A DNA stretch of 64,000 nucleotides from Planktothrix sp. GU0601_MAG3 (GTDB lineage: Bacteria > Cyanobacteriota > Cyanobacteriia > Cyanobacteriales > Microcoleaceae): NCBI GenBank assembly GCA_035193785.1, contig CP136572.1, positions 3,188,578-3,252,577 on the forward strand, written 5' to 3'. The position numbers and the translations under genes were made by a program. The stretch's first letter is position 1; each line of letters opens with the position of its first letter. Of the stretch, positions 12,220-22,882 are shown piece by piece. The notes below the pieces were generated by a model, which made no database searches, had not been told where the DNA came from, and saw nothing but the letters and a program-made list of their open reading frames with translations.

Positions 12220-12849
12220 ATGAACACCGATCCTCGTCAATCTTTAATTCATGCTTCCCGTCAATTTTATCAACTGGGTTGGATGGCAGGCACGGCTGGA
12301 AATCTTTCGGCTAAAATGCCCGATAATAGTTTTTGGATTACTGCTAGTGGTAAACAAAAAGGTAAATTAGTTACCGAGGATTTTGTGAGAATTTCTCTAA
12401 ATGGGGAAATATTAGAAAATCCCGATCCTAATAATAAACCTTCGGCGGAAACCAGTATTCATCAAGCCATATATTCTTTGTTTCCCGAGGCAAATTCCTG
12501 TTATCACGTTCATTCCGTCGAAGCCAAATTAGTCTCAAATTTTATTGATAATGAAAAACTGCCTTTACCGCCCATTGAGATGTTAAAAGGGTTGGGAATT
12601 TGGGAAGAAAATCCTAAAGTTTATCTGCCTGTTTTTAAGAATCATTTAGAAGTTCCTCGAATTTCTGAAGATATTATTCAACGGTTTAAACAGAGTTTTC
12701 CTGATGTTCCAGCGTTGTTAATTAGAAATCATGGGGTAACGGTTTGGGCAGATTCTCCAGAATCGGCAGAAAACCATATTGAATTAGTAGAATATATTTT
12801 CCGTTATATTGTGGCGGCTCGTCAAGCGGGATTGAATATTCAACATTAA
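12220..12849 (+). CDS. mtnB: Methylthioribulose-1-phosphate dehydratase
   Basis: GWMAGTAGNLS, ITASGKQKG, KPSAETSIH, H.H, LIRNHG (class II aldolase fold). Confidence 0.93.
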   Translation: MNTDPRQSLIHASRQFYQLGWMAGTAGNLSAKMPDNSFWITASGKQKGKLVTEDFVRISLNGEILENPDPNNKPSAETSIHQAIYSLFPEANSCYHVHSVEAKLVSNFIDNEKLPLPPIEMLKGLGIWEENPKVYLPVFKNHLEVPRISEDIIQRFKQSFPDVPALLIRNHGVTVWADSPESAENHIELVEYIFRYIVAARQAGLNIQH

Positions 12850-12857
12850 AAAATTTT

Positions 12858-12880
12858 GGGCGAGAAGACCTCGCCCCTAC
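12858..12880. repeat. REP-like hairpin between convergent genes
   Basis: gggcgag aagac ctcgccc ctac; same family as 54544-54572. Confidence 0.7.
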
Positions 12881-12897
12881 AAAGCTGTTACAAACGA

Positions 12898-13870
12898 TCA
12901 ATCAATATTAATCGTTTGTAACCCTTCATTAACAGTAATAACAATTTTGCCAACGGTGCGCCCCATCTCGCTATAGGTATGGGCTTGCGCTAGATCATTT
13001 AAGGGATAAGTCCGATCAATTACCGTTTGAATTTTGCCCGCTTCAATTAAATCTCGCAGGGCATCTAAATCTCGACGACTGGGTTGAGCTAAGACTAATT
13101 TTGATTTTTTACTCGAAAATAATAAGGTTTGTAATGTCGCTCCCATATTATCAATTGTGGGCAAAGTTGAGATATAAATTCCATCGGATTGTAGAATCTT
13201 TTCGCAATTAAAAAAGGACTGTTTCCCCACCGCATCAAAAATAATATCGTATTGGATGTCCTGTTGGGTAAAATCTTCTTGAGTGTAATCAATCACAGTA
13301 TGGGCTCCCAAACGTTTGACAATATCAACATTAGAAGTCCCACAAACCCCCGTGACCTCGGCATCTAGGGCTACAGCAATTTGCACCGCAAAGGTTTCCC
13401 ACCCCGCCGGACGCCCCATTAATCAAAACCCGCTGTCCGGGTCGCAGTTGACCTAAATCTAATAACCCCTGTAACGCCGTCAATCCGGCTATTGGAACCG
13501 TTGCAGCCTCCGCGTAGGTCATATTTTGAGGTTTATAGGTCAAATTATCGGCAGGCACAGCCACATACTCGGCATAGGCCCCTCCCAATAAAGGGTTAAC
13601 GAAGCCATAAACCTGATCTCCCACCCGCAAGCGCTTCGCCAATGAGCCAACCTCCACCACTTCCCCGGATAAATCCGAGCCTAAAACTTTAGGGAAATTG
13701 TAACCAGATAGGGGTTGTAATAATCCCTGCCTAATTTTCCAGTCCACAGGATTAACGCTACTAGCATGAATTTTGACTAAAACTTGATCGGGTTTAATTG
13801 TTGGGGTCGGAATATCTTCATAACGGAGAACATCGGGCGACCCATATTGATGAATAACAATTGCTTTCAT
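12898..13870 (-). CDS. NAD(P)-dependent oxidoreductase, MDR/quinone reductase family (frameshift at 13394-13398)
   Basis: ASSVNPVDWK, GAYAEY; repaired NGASGGVGTFAVQIA; GKIVI. Confidence 0.9.
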
Positions 13871-14244
13871 AACTCATTAATTAGGGAAGGAACATCTGTC
13901 AGCTTAACACAAATTCCTAGAACTGGGGATGAGTAGAGCCAGTCTAAATCCGTTCTACAAAATAAGATTGTTGAAAGTAGGGAATGGGGGATGGGTAATG
14001 GGCAACAAGGGAAGTTTTAATCCTGATCATCATAGAGTTGATCATGTTAAATCCGTTTTGATTGTTGTAATTCCTATTCTCGATTAAAACAGGCTATTTT
14101 GGGGCTTTAGTTTAACACAATCAGGCAAACTCAAGTAGACAAAAAATAAAGTTTTTACTGAATTAAGCGTTGTAAATCTGATAATTTTTTACTATGATGG
14201 AATTGTAGAAAAAAACTTAGGCAAACCCCATCAATTCAATTTTT

Positions 14245-14512
14245 ATGGATATTCAGTTAATCAATATTGGTTTTGGTAATATTGTCTCTGCTAATCGGGT
14301 GATTGCCATTGTCAGTCCTGAATCTGCTCCGATTAAGCGCATAATTAATGATGCCCGGGAGCGGGGACAGTTAGTTGATGCTACCTATGGACGCAGAAAC
14401 TAGGGCGGTGATTATCACGGATTCTAGCCATGTTATTCTCTCAGCAATTCAGCCAGAAACCGTTGCTCATCGTTTCGTAATGACAAAAGATGGTAATTCC
14501 CGGGATGATTAA
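14245..14512 (+). CDS. remA: RemA/DUF370 regulator (frameshift at 14396-14400; missing from ORF track)
   Basis: Repaired translation [77 protein letters not shown]; lies upstream of gmk. Confidence 0.92.
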
Positions 14513-14672
14513 GGAATTTGGTATTTATTACCCCCTGGTTTCCATTGGCATACCTACCATGAGAAGATAGAAATATTCCGGTTCAATTCCTTGAATCCAT
14601 CAACAGGTTCAAGAGAAAACCAAAGGGTTCTCCATTACTTTGTTTTAACCGTCTAACCTGATTAAAAATGCC

Positions 14673-15230
14673 ATGAAAAAAGGCCGATTAATTGTGATGA
14701 CAGGCCCTAGCGGGGTCGGAAAAGGAACGTTGGTTCGTTCCCTATTAAAAGATCATCCTGAACTCCATTTATCTGTTTCCGTCACCACTCGTTCTCCCCG
14801 TCCGGGTGAAATCCCTGGACAAGATTACTATTTTGTTGATCGCCTTCGTTTTCAAAACATGATAGAAGGGGGAGAGTTATTGGAGTGGGCTGAATTTGCC
14901 GGGAATTGTTATGGAACTCCCTTAATTCCAGTTAAAGAAAAAATTGAGGCAGGAATATCCGTTTTATTGGAGATTGAGTTAGAAGGAGCTCGACAAATTC
15001 GTTCCACCTTTCCCTCGGCTTTACGCATTTTTATTATGCCTCCTTCTATTGATGAATTAGAACGTCGTTTACGGGGCAGAGGTCAGGATTCTGAAGATGC
15101 TATTCGACGGCGTTTGATGCGAGCAAAAGCGGAAATGGATGCAGCCAGTGAGTTTGATTTTGAAGTAATTAATGATGACTTGGATTTTGCGTTACGACGC
15201 CTAGAATCCGTGTTATATTCTGCTGTTTAA
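14673..15230 (+). CDS. gmk: Guanylate kinase
   Basis: [41 protein letters not shown]. Confidence 0.97.
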   Translation: MKKGRLIVMTGPSGVGKGTLVRSLLKDHPELHLSVSVTTRSPRPGEIPGQDYYFVDRLRFQNMIEGGELLEWAEFAGNCYGTPLIPVKEKIEAGISVLLEIELEGARQIRSTFPSALRIFIMPPSIDELERRLRGRGQDSEDAIRRRLMRAKAEMDAASEFDFEVINDDLDFALRRLESVLYSAV

Positions 15231-15240
15231 GCTCAAAAAT

Positions 15241-16576
15241 ATGCCCCAGAAAGACCCGTTAAAACCCGATTCTTTAAATGTGATGGCAAAGGATGTCAAG
15301 TCGGCTGAATCCTATGCAAATTTAGGGCGTTTGCATGATCAGCAAGAACAATGGCAAGCGGCGATCGCCAATTATCGTCAGGCGATTAAATTAAATCCCC
15401 ATTGTTCTTGGTTTTATCACCATTTAGCGGATGTTTTTTTTAAACGGGAACAATGGCAAGATGCCATTACTAATTATCGTCATGCTATTAAACTTAATCC
15501 TAATTTTTCCGGGTCATATCATAATTTAGGCAATAGTTTATTAAAATTAAAACATTGGGAAGAAGCGGTTCATGTTTATCGGAAAGCCATAGAATTAAAC
15601 CCCCATTTTCATTGGTCTTATTGTAATTTAGCCGATGGGTTAATTCAACAAAAAAAATGGAATTTAGGGATTATTAATTATTGGAAAAGTTTAGTTATTC
15701 TTCACCAAACTAATCAAGAACAGGATTTTGTACTAATTGCGACTAAATTAGGGGAAACCCTGGAATATCATTTACCTGAAAAGTTTGATTTGGCGATCGC
15801 CCATTATCAAAAAGTGGTTCAAAATCATCAACAGTATCCTGAGTATCAAAGTATTATTCAATTTTTAAGTCAAAATCAAAGTGCATGGCTAAAAATTGCC
15901 GATTTTTTCCAGCAAAAATATCTGATCAATGCCGCTTTGATTTTATATAAAATGGCGATAGAATGTTATCCTGATCAGATATCTATTGCAGAAAAGTTTA
16001 ATACCCTATTACAGAAAAAAACTGAATTAGAAACATCAATTAATTTAAGACATCAAAATATTGATAAACACTCCCAGAAATGGTCTAAATATGATGATGG
16101 TATTACTAATATCACCACCAATAATTTTAATATTCCCTTAGCAACTCATCAACAACTCGAACAATTTATTTTTAGTACCGATATTAATTTTGACTTAAAC
16201 CAATTAGATCAACTCTTTGAAGCAGTCGGTTGGATGACTCGGGATCATGAAAACATGAAAACCGCCCTAGAAACACAGTTTTTTAGTTGTTACCCTTTGG
16301 TTTGTCACCCCCACCCAAAAACAGTTAATTGGGTTTACCCGGGCTGTTTCCGATCATGTTTATAATGCTACTCTTTGGGATGTAGTAATTCATCCAAATT
16401 TTCAAAATCAAGGATTAGGAAAGTCCTTAATTCGGTATACCTTAGAACAGCTACAATTGCAAAATATTGAAAATATTACGTTATTTGCTGGGAATAAAGC
16501 AGTTAATTTCTATCATAGTTTAGGGTTTATTACTGACCCAAATGGAATTAAAGGAATGTTTTGGGTTTCACCTTAA
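15241..16576 (+). CDS. TPR protein fused to a Ycf52-like GNAT acetyltransferase (frameshift at 16270-16274)
   Basis: N-terminal TPRs (YRQAIKLNP); repaired C-terminus ALEHSFLVVTLW...LIGFTRAVSDHVYNATLWDVVIHPNFQNQGLGK...DPNGIKGMFW. Confidence 0.82.
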
Positions 16577-16596
16577 TCAAGGGATAAAAAGAGAAT

Positions 16597-16665
16597 AAGA
16601 AACCGGGTTTCTGACTTTTATTTATGGGATCAAACCTAGATTTTTTGTTCGGAAACCGGGTTTCT
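16597..16665. repeat. Two gaaaccgggtttct palindromes
   Basis: At 16597-16612 and 16651-16665; related pair at 45345-45409. Confidence 0.8.
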
Positions 16666-16677
16666 GCATAAGTTTTG

Positions 16678-18039
16678 TTAGTGTTGAGAGATAATATAAT
16701 ATTTTAAAATTGAATTAATCTTTAGTAAAGAAGCGCTATGCTGATCTTTATGGCTAGTATCTTCTAACAAACAACGTCTTTTTAACGATTGTATAGCTTT
16801 TAATATATTTGTGGGTTGATCAGGGATTTCTTGTAAAACCTGCATCAAAGCAACTTCATTTTTTTGTTGGGCGAGATGGTTAATTACCTGTTTTTCTGAC
16901 TCGGTTAATCTACTCCATAAACGATTAAGCTGAGATGTTATTTCATTACTTAATATCAACTCAGGATAAGCTAAAAAATCTGTGACTCGGCCAGAAAATA
17001 GTTCTTGAATCATCGTGCCTGTCATTTCTAAGCATAAGGGATGACCTTGATATTTTTGAATTAAATCATGCCAATTGTCTTGATCTAATAATTCTTTATC
17101 TCTGAAAATTTTGGTAGCACAACCTCCCAATCCTGAAAGTTTTAATGATCTAAAAAATTTAGGACTATCGACTGTTAAATATTCGGGTTGTTCGCTGGTA
17201 ATTAATAAAAAACTACTGGAATGAGACAATTCAGCAATTTGTTTAAATAATAAATAATACCCTTCAAATTCGGGTTTATATTGACCTGCATATTGTCCGG
17301 TTTCAAAGAGCATTTGCAGATCATCAATAATAATTAAACAGCGATGTTTGCGGAGAAATTTCAGTAATAAATCGACTTGGCGATCTAGGGTATTCGGAAA
17401 AATAGCAGGAGAAACAACAGTTTCCAGTAAATCAGTTAAAAAATTCTCGATAGTTGGAGAATATTGGAGACTGCGATAAATAATATATTGAAATTCTGTT
17501 TGGATTTCTTCGATTAGTTTGATGGCAAGTGTCGTTTTTCCAATTCCGATCATACCAACTAAGGTAATGACACGGAGATGGTCTTGAATCAACCATGTTT
17601 TTAACCTATTAAGTTCATCCTCCCGCCCATAAAATTCGGTAATTTCTGGAGTTGCATCTAGGTCTAAATGGTTGTTTTCAGATGGTTTAAATAGAGGACA
17701 AGATTTAGGATCTTTCTTTTGTTTTGAACAAATACTGACTTGATGAAAACTAATAAAATTTCCAGATGAAACACTGTTATAGATAGTAATTTTTTCTAAA
17801 ATAGACCGTGCATTTGATTTATTAATATCTTCCCCTAAAGTTTCCGATAAAGTTTGCCATAATTCCGATGCAGTATCTCTAACATGACCTTCACTTAAAT
17901 GATTTTCTGATGCAATTTCGGTGTATTTATTGCCCTGTAATGTCCCTTTAAGAATTGTTTCTTGCAGAAGGTCTAAATGTTCGCCTGTATGGGTGAAAAG
18001 CAGTTGATCGGCAAGTTTCAATACTTCTGCAATATCCAT
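16678..18039 (-). CDS. N-terminal HTH plus NB-ARC/STAND ATPase, no C-terminal repeat domain
   Basis: KYTEIASENHLSEGHVRDTASELW (HTH), FYGREDEL, Walker A GMIGIGKT, Walker B LIIIDD, GHPL. Confidence 0.85.
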   Translation of the reverse strand: MDIAEVLKLADQLLFTHTGEHLDLLQETILKGTLQGNKYTEIASENHLSEGHVRDTASELWQTLSETLGEDINKSNARSILEKITIYNSVSSGNFISFHQVSICSKQKKDPKSCPLFKPSENNHLDLDATPEITEFYGREDELNRLKTWLIQDHLRVITLVGMIGIGKTTLAIKLIEEIQTEFQYIIYRSLQYSPTIENFLTDLLETVVSPAIFPNTLDRQVDLLLKFLRKHRCLIIIDDLQMLFETGQYAGQYKPEFEGYYLLFKQIAELSHSSSFLLITSEQPEYLTVDSPKFFRSLKLSGLGGCATKIFRDKELLDQDNWHDLIQKYQGHPLCLEMTGTMIQELFSGRVTDFLAYPELILSNEITSQLNRLWSRLTESEKQVINHLAQQKNEVALMQVLQEIPDQPTNILKAIQSLKRRCLLEDTSHKDQHSASLLKINSILKYYIISQH

Positions 18040-18063
18040 AGCGAGGTGAGACTGGTAGTTTTA

Positions 18064-18140
18064 TCTGATCTTATCCGATTTTTCCGATCTTTTTCCGACA
18101 TTTTGGAAATTTTTTAGAAAAAAGTTCCGACACGATCCGA
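18064..18140. promoter_or_regulatory. Helically phased TCCGA repeats in a divergent promoter
   Basis: TCTGA at 18064; TCCGA at 18074, 18083, 18094, 18126 and 18136; regulatory role inferred. Confidence 0.55.
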
Positions 18141-18207
18141 CTGACAAAGCGATCAGGCTTGAGTTTTAATCAAGAAATAAGACTTGATGAAATAGGAGAA
18201 ACTTACA

Positions 18208-18548
18208 ATGGCTGGTTTTGAAATTGCGTCTGAAGTAACTACTAAAGGAACCGATTTCGATGGTATACTAGACATTCTGATTGGTCTGATTGGACTTCTA
18301 CCACCGCTCCTGCTGGTTATGTAATTAATCAAAATGAGGTCAAGGTGGAATGGCTTTCTGATGCAGGGTCAGAAAATAGTTACGACATAATTTATGAAAA
18401 TTTGGTCGAAATCATACCAGGAACAAAGATTAAATTACCACAAACAATCAAGGTTCGGACTTATGCACGGAGTCCAAAGGGAATAGGTTGTACTGGTCGA
18501 GGTTGGTCAAAAATTAAAGTCACAGGAGAATTTACAAAGTATAAATGA
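18208..18548 (+). CDS. Hypothetical 112-aa protein (2-nt frameshift, best placed at 18263-18268)
   Basis: AGGAG ribosome-binding site before the ATG; repaired MAGFEIASEVTTKGTDFDGTRHSDWSDWTSTTAPAGYVINQNEVKVEWLSDAGSEN...TKYK. Confidence 0.7.
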
Positions 18549-18680
18549 ATTGCAATTACTACTGAATATTGACGGCTTGGTGATGCCCAGTTTAGTGACA
18601 AGATAAGCGGTTACTGCATCTGAATTACTGGTTTTACAATTAGTTTTTTTGCTCTATAATTCGCAATTGAGGTCGGAAAG

Positions 18681-19147
18681 ATGGTTACAAAGCATCTAAG
18701 TTTTGTTAGTAAATTAGTTGGTTTAAGTGCCATAGGTGTACTCATTCCCATGTTCTCAACCATGGCTCAAACCCAGTGGCCATCTGGTTATTACAGTTTA
18801 AGTGGCAATGTTTATGCCTTGAATGCTAATAACTCAACCTACTGCTATGTTCAAAGTCCAACTCAAATGAATCTTTTTGGGGGGTTTAGCAAAGTGCGAG
18901 CAGTCGGTATACAGATAGTTTCAAGGCTGGATCTAGAGACGTAGGTAAATGTGGCTGGCCCAATGGCTTTTATCGCAAACAAAGCAAACCTGAAGTATAT
19001 GGCCTTAATGATAAACAGGCTTGTTATGTAAATAGTCCTCAGATGATGGATGCTTACGGTGGATTTAAACGAGTAAGAGTAGTTGAAGATTCTGTCGATC
19101 TTTTCGCACAGCGTAAGCTTGTAGGTGACTGCATATGGCCACGTTGA
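18681..19147 (+). CDS. Secreted 154-aa protein with two internal Cys-containing repeats (2-nt frameshift at 18907-18912)
   Basis: Signal-peptide-like N-terminus; WP.G.Y...VY.LN...CYV.SP..M...GGF..VR.V occurs twice after repair. Confidence 0.75.
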
Positions 19148-19307
19148 TAAGCTGAATTGGCTATATTTTTTAAATGCTCAACAGCTTAAAGCAACGACGA
19201 ATGAAACATTCCGGTTTGTTTTTATTGAGATAGGTACTGTTGATAAACGTAACCTATCTTTTTTACACTTTCCTTACAGACTCTTTAGCTTTCTTTTTAC
19301 TCGTTTT

Positions 19308-19883
19308 TTATTCTGCAATTAAAATTTGCTCAACAGTTAAATTAAGATCGGGGAATAGCTGAGAAATAATTCTTTGTTGACCTATAAAAATAGTATTTTG
19401 ATAACTTCCATTTATCAGAAAATTAACAATAATTTGCTCTGTTAAAGGATCAATAATCCAATATTCAGAAATCCCAAACTCCGCATATTCAGTCATCTTT
19501 TTAATATAATCTCGGTTTTCGTTATCTTCCCCAGGACTCACAACTTCTACTACTAATAAAGCCGGAACTTCCATAATTGCTGATTTTTTAAATTGTCGTA
19601 ACCGTCGCCAATCTTCCCCTTGAATAATAGCAATATCCGGTTGTCGGGAGCGACTTAATCTAGTTCGTATCCCCACATCTCCCTGTTTGACTTTTAAGTC
19701 TAACCCCAGTCTTTTTACCTCAGCTTTGAAAGTATCATAGAGGAATTCAACAATATCAGAATGAATCGGACTCGCAGGTGTCATCGGAATTAACACCCCA
19801 TCTTCAAGCTCATAACGATTATCTGTTCCGTCATCGTAGGTTAAATACTCCTCAAAGGTTAATTTTACAGGGGTTTGAGTCAT
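19308..19883 (-). CDS. Uma2 family endonuclease-fold protein
   Basis: LTFEEYL.YDDGTDNRYEL.DG, R.PD, LVVEVVSPG, EYWIIDP. Confidence 0.92.
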   Translation of the reverse strand: MTQTPVKLTFEEYLTYDDGTDNRYELEDGVLIPMTPASPIHSDIVEFLYDTFKAEVKRLGLDLKVKQGDVGIRTRLSRSRQPDIAIIQGEDWRRLRQFKKSAIMEVPALLVVEVVSPGEDNENRDYIKKMTEYAEFGISEYWIIDPLTEQIIVNFLINGSYQNTIFIGQQRIISQLFPDLNLTVEQILIAE

Positions 19884-19935
19884 GTTGTTACCTCAACTTT
19901 GTAACATCCCTTTTCTATTCATTATTAAGTATAAC

Positions 19936-19983
19936 GTTGTTGGGCTTCAACCCTCAAGTTCTGAGAGTGCTAAAGCCCAACAA
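19936..19983. repeat. Inverted repeat ttgttgggctt...aagcccaacaa
   Basis: Hairpin-forming element; partial copies near 24780 and 46726-46745. Confidence 0.7.
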
Positions 19984-19998
19984 TAAACTATCTTCTGA

Positions 19999-22882
19999 TT
20001 AATTTTTTATTCTTCTTTCTCCATAACGCAATAACATATTAATACTCGCCAAACGATTTCCCCAACTAGAGACTTGATAGGGACGTTCTAAGGCTTGTAA
20101 ACGCATAGAAGTTTGGAATTGTTTTTGGAAAGTTGCTAACTTTTGTTGAGCGATTCCTAAAGTTTGAGCAGAAGGATTATCCTCTAACTGTTTTAAAGTT
20201 TGCGCTAAATCTTCCGCTTGAATACTCAAGGATTTTAATTCCTCATCTCGTATCCAAAGTTGTTCATTTGCTAAAAGGAAACTCCATTCTCGTTTTAAGG
20301 CTAAATAGCGATCTCGCGCCGCAGCAAAAGGCTGGCGATAGGGAATGGGAGGTTGAGTTTTCGAGGAATTATTTTGAGTTCTGTATAAATAGTTTTGGAG
20401 ATTATTACCAATACTATCAACGGCAAAAATTGAGTATCCTCCCGTGGGTAAATCCCGTAAAGATTGTAATTGATCAATGGCGACAATTTCAGGAATATTC
20501 AATAATTTAATCGAGGGACTAATTAACGCCGACCCTAACTTTTGTTCCTGGGTTAAAGGTCGAGTAATTCGTTGTAAACGGTTGGTATCCATCGCATAGG
20601 TCATCGGAACAATTAAATCCACATAACCTTTTTTTGCCCAAACTTCCCATTGTTGTTGAATTTTCATAATCCTTTCCTGTTCAGGATTAGAAAACACCGC
20701 CACTGATAAAATTACATTGGGTTTTTGTTGCTTCAAAAAGTGCGAAACTTCCGCCACAAAAGAGGTAACTTGTTCAGTTTTAAATTGTAGCCATTGAGTC
20801 CACAATTGATTATTCTTGGGCGTAATATTAACCGGATCAACTCCTGTTAATTGTTGGAATTGTTCCCGTCCAGCTTTCCCATAACCATAGGTGTAACTTC
20901 CGCTTGGATCTTGGAACGGATAGCGAATATAATCTAACTGCAAGCCATCGACATTATAGGCGGTAATTTCATTAATTAAACGCATTAAATACGCCCTAGC
21001 TTCTCGGTTAGCCGGATCGAGATAAACTTTGCGATCGCGGCTATTTCTTAACTCTCCATAATTATTAATATTGACCCAATCAGGATGGGCTTGAATTACC
21101 GGACTTAAAAAACTACTAGGTTGTCCTAAAAGTTGGTTATGGCGATCATTTCCCACCGCAAAAACCCAAATCCAGGCGTGTAATTCCATACCCCGTTGGT
21201 GAGCTAATTTCACCGCCGATTCTAGGGGGTTCCAACCTTGTGTTAAAGGATTTTGTGCGGGCGCAACTCGACTGGGATAAATTGGATAACCAGCATTAAT
21301 TGTTTCAAAATAAACCGTATTAATTCCCGCCGAGGCTAACCGATCAAAAACCTGCGCTAGTCCCGCTTCATTTCTGGCTTTAACAATAGTTCCTCGGTCT
21401 AACCAAACTGCCCGAATTTCTGCCCCTAATCGTTCTCCTTCCGTGGGATAATGTTGCCATAATTGTTGACGAATTTCTAACCATTGCTGGCGAGCTTCTG
21501 TCCAATTTTGTTGCGCGACTAATTGCGGAAAATTCTTAATTATTTCTCTGGCTTGGGTAATAATTTGATCGGATTTTTTGAAGTTAGCACTGGCTAAACT
21601 TCCTCCGGTTTCAGCGATTAATTGAGTAGATGCGACTTGTAAATTAATCGGAATATTCCCCGAATTTGAAGCAATTAAAGCATTTTCAAAACGTCCTAAT
21701 AAATCTATTAATTCCTGACGCATGGCGATCGCCGTTAATTCCTCAATGGGTTGATTTCCCGGGGTGACTTCTAACCCAGCCGGAGCCGTTTGTTCGGAAG
21801 GGTCAATAAAGCCACCCGGAACCGCCGGAGTATTCGGTAATGTCCGAGTCGCCGTTAAGCTAGGGGCGGGGGGCGTAGTTGAACGCGGGGGGGAAACCGG
21901 AGTCTGGGGAACCATCACAGGTGTCACCGGGCGTGGAGATGGGACGGTGGCCGTTGGCTGTATTCTGGGTGTGGTGGGTTGGGGGAGGGGTGCAGGAGCA
22001 GGACGAGTGGCTGTTGCTGGGGCTGTAAGAGCCGGACGGGTAGCCATTACTGGGAGCGGTGCAGGAGCGGGACGGGTGGCCGTTGTCGGGGCTGTAAGAG
22101 CCGGACGGCTGGCCGTTGGGGGCGGGACGGTCGCGGTGGCGACGGGGTTTGTCGGGTTTCCAGCCAAACCATGACGACTGACCGCCGCTTGTAACCAAGC
22201 AATATCAACCTCCGCCGAAGATTGATTTCCCCAGCGCCAGCCTAAATAGGTGGCTTTTTGAGTAGTAATAACGGCGGGAGAACTCCCACTAGCTTCCCAA
22301 ATTCCGGCGGTATAACTTTCTAAGGTGGTGGGAATTAAAACCCCTCCGTCAACGGCGTTAGCATTGGCTTGATCTGGCCCCCAAGTTGTTAGGGAAGCGC
22401 AGAGGGGATCTTTGGTTCGACAGCGATTTTTAACGGTTTGGGGTTTAGCGGGAAACTGTGAGGGGAAAAGCCCAATAGGAACCTAAAATTGCTCGCAACA
22501 ATTGACGCACTAACGGGGTAGATTTTTCGGCGATCGGGCCACTGGCGATCACCTGTCCTCCTTGTTTTGCCCACTCTTGCAGAATTTTGGCTTGTTCGGT
22601 TTTAATAACAGTTATATTAGGGAGGAATAAAATTCTAATTCCCTGGAGATCGGCGGGGCTTTCAATATTGTTTAAGTCCAGGGTTTGATAAGGGATTCGA
22701 CTGGCTTTTAAGCGTTGTTCAATACTATTCCATTCTGTGGTTTTTTCTGAATCACGAATTACCCCTAATGGTTCATTTATTTGGCTTAAGCAAGTTAATG
22801 GAATTGATAATTGTAAAATTGTACTAGCAAGAGTTCCAAGGATAATCTGTTGGAAAAACCTTTGCGATCGCCGTTGAACCAT
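19999..22882 (-). CDS. Glycosyl hydrolase-like 10 (DUF187) protein with Pro/Thr-rich linker (frameshift at 22452-22456)
   Basis: EIRAVWLDRG, GINTVYFET, MELHAWIW, DGLQLDYIRYP; the frame is open from 22450 to 22167 after repair. Confidence 0.87.

Noticed and set aside
3651..16440. Other GTATAC sites (~3651, ~4595, ~16435) as miscalls
   Set aside because: They lie in intact frames (LYTD, WYTV, RYTL), so they appear genuine
21764..22198. Several overlapping ORFs in the GC-rich patch
   Set aside because: Shadow frames of the Pro/Thr linker of the GHL10 gene
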